Positions 8,813-15,701 of a stretch of DNA of 28,525 bases are shown here, one piece after another. The stretch is taken from positions 1 to 28,525 of the IMG/VR virus record IMGVR_UViG_643348547_000003. One strand, written 5' to 3'. Made by a program: the position numbers and the translations under genes. Source of the stretch: a virus. Lineage: Duplodnaviria; Heunggongvirae; Uroviricota; Caudoviricetes. Numbering within the stretch: position 1 is the first letter of the stretch; every line of letters begins with the position of its first letter. The notes below the pieces were generated by a model that saw only the letters and a program-made list of their open reading frames with translations, was not told where the DNA came from and did no database searches.

Positions 8813-9154
8813 ATGGCTACTCATTACACTGAACTCATGGCTGGCACTGAAGCACTGGTGACTACGCTGGGGATATTTTCAGCTAATAAAGGGGTAATTC
8901 CTGCATTTACGCCACTGATGCAGGAAGATGCAACAGGTGCACTGGTGGTATGGGATGGTTCGAGCGTAGGTAAAGCGGTTTATGTTTCCGCTGTACAAAT
9001 CGACACCGCGAAAAAAACACAGGCTCAGGTCTATAAGACAGGTGTCTTAAATGTTGATGCTCTGAACTGGCCTGAGTCTGTAAAAGAACTGTCAGTAAAG
9101 ATTGCAGCGTTTGTTGGCTCAGGTATTTCTGTTCAGCCGCTGGCTCGTGTGTAA
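8813..9154 (+). CDS. Head decoration protein, lambda gpD-like
   Basis: 113 aa. TPLMQEDATGALVVWDGSSVG and YKTGVLNVDALNWPE...AAFVGSGISV parallel lambda gpD. Lies downstream of the E-like gene, the reverse of the lambda D then E order. Confidence 0.75.
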   Translation: MATHYTELMAGTEALVTTLGIFSANKGVIPAFTPLMQEDATGALVVWDGSSVGKAVYVSAVQIDTAKKTQAQVYKTGVLNVDALNWPESVKELSVKIAAFVGSGISVQPLARV

Positions 9155-9165
9155 AGGGGGATACA

Positions 9166-9549
9166 ATGCAGAATGATTACAATGACCTTAAGCCACTTGC
9201 CGAAATGATGTACCCGAATCCAGCTGTAGAGGAATTAAAAGCTATCGCTGACAAAATGTGTTTAAGCGAGCGCCTTGTTGATATGAATCAGGTGATGGAA
9301 ATTACAACCCTGAGTCGGCGTACACTGCTAAACCTTGAGGCTAGTGGAGAGTTCCCGGAGCGTGTGCAGGTTACGGAAGGGCGTAAGGCCTGGTATTTAA
9401 GTGAAGTGATCGACTGGATAAATAATATTCCTCGCGCTTCTGAATATTGCCGCGTACCTGTCCCAAAAAAGCCAGATGCGGCGCTATGCCTCAAGATTGA
9501 GCGTGTACGCCGCAATGCACGGGATGGTCGCTATAAGCTGATTGGTTGA
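9166..9549 (+). CDS. AlpA-family HTH regulator with an N-terminal extension
   Basis: 127 aa. Core MEITTLSRRTLLNLEASGEFPERVQVTEGRKAWYLSEVIDWI matches the AlpA/HTH_17 pattern. Second AlpA-like gene in the island. Confidence 0.65.
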   Translation: MQNDYNDLKPLAEMMYPNPAVEELKAIADKMCLSERLVDMNQVMEITTLSRRTLLNLEASGEFPERVQVTEGRKAWYLSEVIDWINNIPRASEYCRVPVPKKPDAALCLKIERVRRNARDGRYKLIG

Positions 9550-9557
9550 TGAAATTA

Positions 9558-9581
9558 GGGCCCGCTCTGGCTGGCGGGTCC
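9558..9581 (+). terminator. GC-rich stem-loop after the second AlpA-like gene
   Basis: GGGCCCGC, 8-nt loop, GCGGGTCC, followed by TTTCC. Imperfect stem and short U-tract. Confidence 0.3.
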
Positions 9582-9713
9582 TTTCCGGCGATCTGACAGG
9601 CTACGGGGCGTCAGGCGCGCAGTTTTTTGCTATTTGTGAAAATTTTCCTGTTTAAGGCGTTTCCGTTCTTCTTCGCCGTAACTTAATGTTTTTATTAAAA
9701 ACACCCCCTAAAA

Positions 9714-9770
9714 AGAAAGGAAACGACAGGTGCTAAAAACAGGCTTTTTGGCCTCTGTCGTTTCCTTTCT
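9714..9770. other. Long perfect 16-bp inverted repeat (structured RNA or bidirectional terminator) in a roughly 600-bp non-coding spacer
   Basis: AGAAAGGAAACGACAG (9714..9729), 25-nt loop with an inner mini-hairpin, CTGTCGTTTCCTTTCT (9755..9770). Lies between convergent genes. Confidence 0.4.
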
Positions 9771-10147
9771 CTGGTTTTGTTGCCATCCGTCGCGGTCTAT
9801 CACCAGAAAAAATCTTATCCCTGAGTTGAATCAGGCCCTATTCAGAAGCGGTCAATAACGCGCCGCTAGCTTCACTTCATAGTTATGGCCTACTTCTGCG
9901 CCATTGCAATTGCTTTATGCGCCTTGATGGTGGAATATAGAGCAAGCAGTTTGCGAATAACAAAGTTTCATATGTTTTTTGCTGTGTGGCTAGACAACTT
10001 TACAGCAGAGTTTTGTGTCAGTTCTTTATGTGTGCAAGCAAGCTTGAGGGGGAATTACTTCTGGCTGCATCTTTGCTTAAGAACAGCAATAATTTAATCA
10101 TAAGGAAATGTATATAAGCCTGATTAAATTTCAGGCTTATTGAAATG

Positions 10148-11290
10148 TTAACTCCTTATTAGAGAGTAAATTCCATCCTCTTTAAGGAAGTCTATTACTT
10201 CAAAGAATGAGATAAAGAATTCCCAAGAACCAAAAGCATATGCATGAATTTCGTAAGGTGCAAAATGGAATCTAAATCCATCACTATTTATTGTGAACGA
10301 GTCTAAGTTACTATCCATGATACCCGTTGCAAACGTACTAATGTCGTCCTCACTTGGTTTTTCACCAGTTTTCTCCCAAAATTCACGAGCTGATTCAGAG
10401 ATTATTTTTTGTTTTATCTTATTAATCGCTTCTTGCTCTTTCCCTTCGGTAAATACATCCCATAAACTAAATTTGTATGCGTAGTCATCCTTGGTTATTA
10501 CGAAATTACTAGTTTCAAAATGACTGTTAGGGTGTGCTGCTCCCGCACCATACCAATGTACGGAATGAAGGATGCTCATAACATTTTCGTTACAGTATGA
10601 GATGTTATAACTTTCATTATAGGAACTAGTGTAAGTGTGTTTATATTCTTCATCCCAATATGGTGTTCCTGGCCATAGTGATGTGCGTTCAGAAAAAATA
10701 TGTAAAGCCGCTTTTCCTGAAAAGTAATCACTAATGAGTTTTGCTGATTTCGGTAATGTATGGCTTTCAATTCTTGGATATGCTATTTCAATTTCATGCC
10801 CTGGGATCTTGTTATATTCTTCCTTGAAAACCTCGCTGCTAAAGTTAAATGGCCCATAAGTGATACCTTGAGATATTTCAAGTTTTTGTTGCGATGCTGC
10901 TAATCTTAAAGATCTAGATAAAATGTCCCAACCATCATTTCTCTTAAAATCAATGAATTGGAGCTTGCTTGATATGTAGGCGGGTACTTCGCAATCATCA
11001 ATAAGTAATGGTATCACGAACACATCATCTGGTTTGTAATACTTTAGTTTATCAATGGCGTCATTTATTTCGCGGCGAATATAACCATTTTTCTGAGTGC
11101 TCACTTTGCTAAGGATAAGGATTATCAAGTTTGAATTAGCGAAGTTTTTTTGGATTTCATAATCCCAGTTTACGCCAGCGGGTATATCTTTTACATCCAT
11201 CCAAGGGGAATATCCTCCACTTTTTAGCCTTTCATAGATTTCTTCAGTTATCGTTTCATCTTCTTTTGCATGAGCAAGAAAAATTTTCAT
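10148..11290 (-). CDS. TIR-domain protein with a C-terminal DUF3298/RsiV-like domain (candidate antiphage effector)
   Basis: 380 aa in an AT-rich segment. The N-terminal 140 aa or so carry TIR-like hallmarks (KIFLAHAKEDE...W.D...I..G......I.ILSKVS...NGYIRREI). The C-terminal region contains HWYGAGAAHPNSHFETSNF...LWDVF, resembling the Y-x-GGAHG signature of DUF3298. SD-like AAGGA upstream of the start. No partner gene adjacent. Confidence 0.75.
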   Translation of the reverse strand: MKIFLAHAKEDETITEEIYERLKSGGYSPWMDVKDIPAGVNWDYEIQKNFANSNLIILILSKVSTQKNGYIRREINDAIDKLKYYKPDDVFVIPLLIDDCEVPAYISSKLQFIDFKRNDGWDILSRSLRLAASQQKLEISQGITYGPFNFSSEVFKEEYNKIPGHEIEIAYPRIESHTLPKSAKLISDYFSGKAALHIFSERTSLWPGTPYWDEEYKHTYTSSYNESYNISYCNENVMSILHSVHWYGAGAAHPNSHFETSNFVITKDDYAYKFSLWDVFTEGKEQEAINKIKQKIISESAREFWEKTGEKPSEDDISTFATGIMDSNLDSFTINSDGFRFHFAPYEIHAYAFGSWEFFISFFEVIDFLKEDGIYSLIRS

Positions 11291-11499
11291 TGAATATTCC
11301 TTTATAATTTAACTAATTAAGTGAAGGAGGCTTTACTTGGCTGTGTTAGAAAAAATTCGGTTTGTTTTTTGTACGATGCCAAGAAGGCTTTTCCCTAACC
11401 ATGTATTGCAGCATGTATTGCTACGTAATTCTGCACCCTCTCATTTATAAAATAAATCTCTGTTAAATCAAGTATCTTTTTTCTATTTGACTCATGTAA

Positions 11500-12288
11500 C
11501 CCAAGCATGAGGTGAATCCGCAGATGACCCTGCGTCGCCTGCCGGATGAAGATCCGCAGAATCTGGCGGACCCGGCTTACCGCCGCCGTCGCATCATCAT
11601 GCAGAACATGCGTGACGAAGAGCTGGCCATTGCTCAGGTCGAAGAGATGCAGGCCGTTTCTGCCGTGCTTAAGGGCAAATACACCATGACCGGTGAAGCC
11701 TTCGATCCGGTTGAGGTGGATATGGGCCGCAGTGCGGCGAATAACATCACGCAGTCCGGCGGCACGGAGTGGAGCAAGCGTGACAAGTCCACGTATGACC
11801 CGACCGACGATATCGAAGCCTACGCGCTGAACGCCAGCGGTGTGGTGAATATCATCGTGTTTGATCCGAAAGGCTGGGCGCTGTTCCGTTCCTTCAAAGC
11901 CGTCAAGGAGAAGCTGGATACCCGTCGTGGCTCTAATTCCGAGCTGGAGACAGCGGTGAAAGACCTGGGTAAAGCGGTGTCCTATAAGGGGATGTATGGC
12001 GATGTTGCCATCGTCGTGTATTCCGGACAGTACGTGGAAAACGGCGTCAAAAAGAACTTCCTGCCGGACAACACGATGGTGCTGGGGAACACTCAGGCAC
12101 GCGGTCTGCGTACCTATGGCTGTATTCAGGATGCGGACGCACAGCGCGAAGGCATTAACGCCTCTGCCCGTTACCCGAAAAACTGGGTGACCACCGGCGA
12201 TCCGGCGCGTGAGTTCACCATGATTCAGTCAGCACCGCTGATGCTGCTGGCTGACCCTGATGAGTTCGTGTCCGTACAACTGGCGTAA
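11500..12288 (+). pseudogene. E: Lambda major capsid protein E, 5'-truncated fragment (about C-terminal 260 aa)
   Basis: Translation PKHEVNPQMTLRRLPDEDPQNLADPAYRRRRIIMQNMRDEE... to ...DPDEFVSVQLA matches my recollection of lambda gpE from about residue 80 to the end. An in-frame TAA sits immediately upstream (11497..11499) and the upstream sequence is unrelated. Confidence 0.85.
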
Positions 12289-12329
12289 TCGTGGCCCTTC
12301 GGGGCCATTTTCTCTCTGTGGAGGAGTCC

Positions 12330-12728
12330 ATGACGAAAGATGAACTGATTGCCCGTCTCCGCTCGCTGGGTGAACAACTGAACCGTGATGTCAGTCTGAC
12401 GGGGACGAAAGAAGAACTGGCGCTCCGTGTGGCAGAGCTGGAAGAAGAGCTTGATGACACGGGCGACACTGCCGGTCAGGATACCCCTCTCAGCCCGGAA
12501 AATGTGCTGACCGGGCATGAACATGAGGTGGTATCAGCGCAGCCGGATACCGTGATTCAGGATACGGCTGAACTGGTCACGGTCGTGGCACTGGTGACGC
12601 TGCATACTGATGCACTTCACGCCACGCGGGATGAACCTGTGGCATTTGTGCTGCCGGGAACGGCGTTCCGTGTCTCTGCCGGTGTGGCAGCTGAAATGAC
12701 AGAGCGCGGCCTGGCCAGAATGCAATAA
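12330..12728 (+). CDS. FI: Lambda-like FI (DNA packaging / head-tail joining accessory protein)
   Basis: 132 aa, MTKDELIARLRSLGEQLNRDVSLTGTKEELALRVAELEEELDD..., near-identical to lambda gpFI as I recall it. GGAGGAG ribosome-binding site. Confidence 0.9.
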   Translation: MTKDELIARLRSLGEQLNRDVSLTGTKEELALRVAELEEELDDTGDTAGQDTPLSPENVLTGHEHEVVSAQPDTVIQDTAELVTVVALVTLHTDALHATRDEPVAFVLPGTAFRVSAGVAAEMTERGLARMQ

Positions 12729-12739
12729 CGGGAGGCGCT

Positions 12740-13093
12740 GTGGCTGATTTCGATAACCTGTTCGATGCTGCCATTGCCCGCGCCGATGAAACGATACGCG
12801 GGTACATGGGAACGTCAGCCACCATGACATCCGGTGAGCAGTCCGGCGCAGTAATACGTGGTGTTTTTGATGACCCTGAAAATATCAGCTATGCCGGACA
12901 GGGCGTGCGCGTTGAAGGCTCCAGCCCGTCCCTGTTTGTCCGGACTGATGATGTGCGGCAACTGCGGCGTGGAGACACGCTGACCATCGGTGAGGAAAAC
13001 TTCTGGATAGATCGTGTTTCGCCGGATGATGGCGGAAGCTGTCATCTCTGGCTTGGGCGGGGCGTACCGCCTGCCGTTAACCGTCGCCGCTGA
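12740..13093 (+). CDS. FII: Lambda-like FII (head-tail connector)
   Basis: 117 aa, MADFDNLFDAAIARADETIRGYMG...HLWLGRGVPPAVNRRR, matching lambda gpFII. Confidence 0.9.
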   Translation: MADFDNLFDAAIARADETIRGYMGTSATMTSGEQSGAVIRGVFDDPENISYAGQGVRVEGSSPSLFVRTDDVRQLRRGDTLTIGEENFWIDRVSPDDGGSCHLWLGRGVPPAVNRRR

Positions 13094-13104
13094 AAGGGGG
13101 ATGT

Positions 13105-13683
13105 ATGGCCATAAAAGGTCTTGAGCAGGCCGTTGAAAACCTCAGCCGTATCAGCAAAACGGCGGTGCCTGGTGCCGCCGCAATGGCCATTAACCGCGTT
13201 GCTTCATCCGCGATATCGCAGTCGGCGTCACAGGTTGCCCGTGAGACAAAGGTACGCCGGAAACTGGTAAAGGAAAGGGCCAGGCTGAAAAGGGCCACGG
13301 TTAAAAATCCGCAGGCCAGAATCAAGGTTAACCGGGGGGATTTGCCCGTAATAAAGCTGGGTAACGCGCGGATTGTCCTGTCCCGACGCAGGCGTCGTAA
13401 AAAGGGGCAGCGTTCAGCCCTGAAAGGTGGCGGCAGCGTGCTTGTGGTGGGAAACCGTCGTATTCCCGGCGCGTTTATTCAGCAACTGAAAAATGGCCGC
13501 TGGCATGTTATGCAGCGTGTGGCCGGGAAAAACCGTTACCCCATTGATGTGGTGAAAATCCCGATGGCGGTGCCACTGACCACGGCGTTTAAACAGAATA
13601 TTGAACGGATACGGCGTGAGCGTCTTCCGAAAGAGCTGGGCTATGCGCTGCAGCATCAACTGAGAATGGTAATAAAGCGATGA
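13105..13683 (+). CDS. Z: Lambda-like Z (tail completion protein)
   Basis: 192 aa, MAIKGLEQAVENLSRISKTAVPGAAAMAINRV..., matching lambda gpZ. Confidence 0.9.
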   Translation: MAIKGLEQAVENLSRISKTAVPGAAAMAINRVASSAISQSASQVARETKVRRKLVKERARLKRATVKNPQARIKVNRGDLPVIKLGNARIVLSRRRRRKKGQRSALKGGGSVLVVGNRRIPGAFIQQLKNGRWHVMQRVAGKNRYPIDVVKIPMAVPLTTAFKQNIERIRRERLPKELGYALQHQLRMVIKR

Positions 13684-14075
13684 AACATACTGAACTCCGT
13701 GCAGCCGTACTGGATGCACTGGAGAAGCATGACACCGGGGCGACGCTTTTTGATGGTCGCCCCGCTGTTTTTGATGAGGCGGATTTTCCGGCAATTGCCG
13801 TTTATCTCACCGGCGCTGAATACACGGGCGAAGAGCTGGACAGCGATACCTGGCAGGCGGAGCTGCATATTGAAGTTTTCCTGCCTGCTCAGGTGCCGGA
13901 TTCAGAGCTGGATTCGTGGATGGAGTCCCGGATTTATCCGGTGATGAGCGATATTCCGGCACTGTCAGATTTGATCACCAGTATGGTGGCCAGTGGCTAT
14001 GACTACCGACGCGACGATGATGCGGGCCTGTGGAGTTCAGCCGATCTGACGTATGTCATTACCTATGAAATGTGA
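13680..14075 (+). CDS. U: Lambda-like U (tail terminator protein)
   Basis: 131 aa, [38 protein letters not shown]..., matching lambda gpU. ATGA overlap with Z. Confidence 0.9.
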   Translation: MKHTELRAAVLDALEKHDTGATLFDGRPAVFDEADFPAIAVYLTGAEYTGEELDSDTWQAELHIEVFLPAQVPDSELDSWMESRIYPVMSDIPALSDLITSMVASGYDYRRDDDAGLWSSADLTYVITYEM

Positions 14076-14082
14076 GGACGAT

Positions 14083-14823
14083 ATGCCTGTACCAAATCCA
14101 GTAATGCCGGTGAAAGGTGCCGGGACCACACTGTGGGTTTATAAGGGGAACGGTGACCCTTATGCGAACCCGCTTTCAGACGTTGACTGGTCGCGTCTGG
14201 CAAAAGTTAAAGACCTGACGCCCGGCGAACTGACCGCTGAGTCCTATGACGACAGCTATCTCGATGATGAGGATGCGGACTGGACTGCGACCGGGCAGGG
14301 GCAGAAATCTGCCGGAGATACCAGCTTCACGCTGGCGTGGATGCCCGGAGAGCAGGGGCAGCAGGCGCTGCTGGCGTGGTTTAATGAAGGTGATACCCGT
14401 GCCTATAAAATCCGCTTTCCGAACGGCACGGTCGATGTGTTCCGTGGCTGGGTCAGCAGTATCGGTAAGGCGGTGACGGCGAAGGAAGTGATCACCCGCA
14501 CGGTGAAGGTCACCAATGTGGGACGCCCGTCGATGGCTGAAGATCGCAGTACGGTGACGGCGGCAACCGGCATGACGGTAACGCCAGCCAGTGCGTCCGT
14601 AGTGAAAGGGCAGAGCACCACGCTGACCGTGGCATTCCAGCCGGAAGGCGTAACCGACAAGAGCTTCCGTGCGGTGTCTGCGGATAAAACAAAAGCCACC
14701 GTGTCGGTCAGTGGTATGACCATCACCGTGAACGGCGTTGCTGCAGGCAAGGTCAACATTCCGGTTGTATCCGGTAATGGTGAGTTTGCTGCGGTTGCAG
14801 AAATTACCGTCACCGCCAGTTAA
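14083..14823 (+). CDS. V: Lambda-like V (major tail protein with C-terminal Ig-like domain)
   Basis: 246 aa from the internal ATG at 14083 ([22 protein letters not shown]...), matching lambda gpV. The track ORF start at 14053 is upstream of the conserved start. Confidence 0.9.
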   Translation: MPVPNPVMPVKGAGTTLWVYKGNGDPYANPLSDVDWSRLAKVKDLTPGELTAESYDDSYLDDEDADWTATGQGQKSAGDTSFTLAWMPGEQGQQALLAWFNEGDTRAYKIRFPNGTVDVFRGWVSSIGKAVTAKEVITRTVKVTNVGRPSMAEDRSTVTAATGMTVTPASASVVKGQSTTLTVAFQPEGVTDKSFRAVSADKTKATVSVSGMTITVNGVAAGKVNIPVVSGNGEFAAVAEITVTAS

Positions 14824-14838
14824 TCCGGAGAGTCAGCG

Positions 14839-15261
14839 ATGTTCCTGAAAACCGAATCATTTGAACATAACGGTGTGACCGTCACGCTTTCTGAACTGTC
14901 AGCCCTGCAGCGCATTGAGCATCTCGCCCTGATGAAACGGCAGGCAGAACAGGCGGAGTCAGACAGCAACCGGAAGTTTACTGTGGAAGACGCCATCAGA
15001 ACCGGCGCGTTTCTGGTGGCGATGTCCCTGTGGCATAACCATCCGCAGAAGACGCAGATGCCGTCCATGAATGAAGCCGTTAAACAGATTGAGCAGGAAG
15101 TGCTTACCACCTGGCCCACGGAGGCAATTTCTCATGCTGAAAACGTGGTGTACCGGCTGTCTGGTATGTATGAGTTTGTGGTGAATAATGCCCCTGAACA
15201 GACAGAGGACGCCGGGCCCGCAGAGCCTGTTTCTGCGGGAAAGTGTTCGACGGTGAGCTGA
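14839..15261 (+). CDS. G: Lambda-like G (tail assembly chaperone)
   Basis: 140 aa, MFLKTESFEHNGVTVTLSELSALQRIEHLALMKRQAEQ..., matching lambda gpG. Confidence 0.9.
   Translation: MFLKTESFEHNGVTVTLSELSALQRIEHLALMKRQAEQAESDSNRKFTVEDAIRTGAFLVAMSLWHNHPQKTQMPSMNEAVKQIEQEVLTTWPTEAISHAENVVYRLSGMYEFVVNNAPEQTEDAGPAEPVSAGKCSTVS
15237..15243 (+). other. Programmed -1 ribosomal frameshift site (G GGA AAG) for the G-T fusion
   Basis: Slippery heptamer GGGAAAG near the 3' end of G, at the point where the T frame opens. This is the conserved lambda G/GT recoding site. Confidence 0.8.
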
Positions 15262-15701
15262 GTTTTGCCCTGAAACTGGCGCGTGAGATGGGGCGACCCG
15301 ACTGGCGTGCCATGCTTGCCGGGATGTCATCCACGGAGTATGCCGACTGGCACCGCTTTTACAGTACCCATTATTTTCATGATGTTCTGCTGGATATGCA
15401 CTTTTCCGGGCTGACGTACACCGTGCTCAGCCTGTTTTTCAGCGATCCGGAGATGCATCCGCTGGATTTCAGTCTGCTGAATCGGCGCGAGGCTGACGAA
15501 GAGCCTGAAGATGATGTGCTGATGCAGAAAGCGGCAGGGCTTGCCGGAGGCGTTCGTTTTGGCCCGGACGGGAATGAAGTTATCCCCGCTTCCCCGTATG
15601 TGGCGGACATGACGGAGGATGACGTAATGCTGATGACAGTATCAGAAGGGATCGCAGGAGGAGTCCGGTATGGCTGCACCGGTAGGCGATCTGGTCGTTG
15701 A
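15243..15701 (+). CDS. T: Lambda-like T segment of the G-T tail assembly chaperone (expressed by -1 frameshift from G)
   Basis: ORF in the -1 frame overlapping the G end (FDGELSFALKLAREMGRPDWRAMLAGMSSTEYADWHRFY...), matching lambda gpT. No independent start is expected. Confidence 0.85.
   Translation: MFDGELSFALKLAREMGRPDWRAMLAGMSSTEYADWHRFYSTHYFHDVLLDMHFSGLTYTVLSLFFSDPEMHPLDFSLLNRREADEEPEDDVLMQKAAGLAGGVRFGPDGNEVIPASPYVADMTEDDVMLMTVSEGIAGGVRYGCTGRRSGR

Larger units (their letters stand above)
1..11499. mobile_element. Satellite-like integrative island (P4-like/PICI-like): int, alpA, cargo, regulator, replication module with iteron ori, ssb, gpE/gpD-like capsid genes, TIR-domain cargo gene
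   Basis: Gene content and order. Iteron ori adjacent to a P4-alpha-like NTPase. AT-rich cargo segments at both ends. Right boundary inferred from the abrupt start of lambda E homology at about 11500. The left boundary lies outside the window. Confidence 0.55.

Noticed and set aside
9885-10097. 70-aa ORF in the spacer between the AlpA-like and TIR genes
   Set aside because: No ribosome-binding site; Cys/Leu/Phe-rich translation typical of AT-rich non-coding sequence.
12215-12830. Minus-strand ORFs of 82-99 aa overlapping FI and FII
   Set aside because: Antisense to genes matching lambda; low-complexity Ser/Arg-rich translations.
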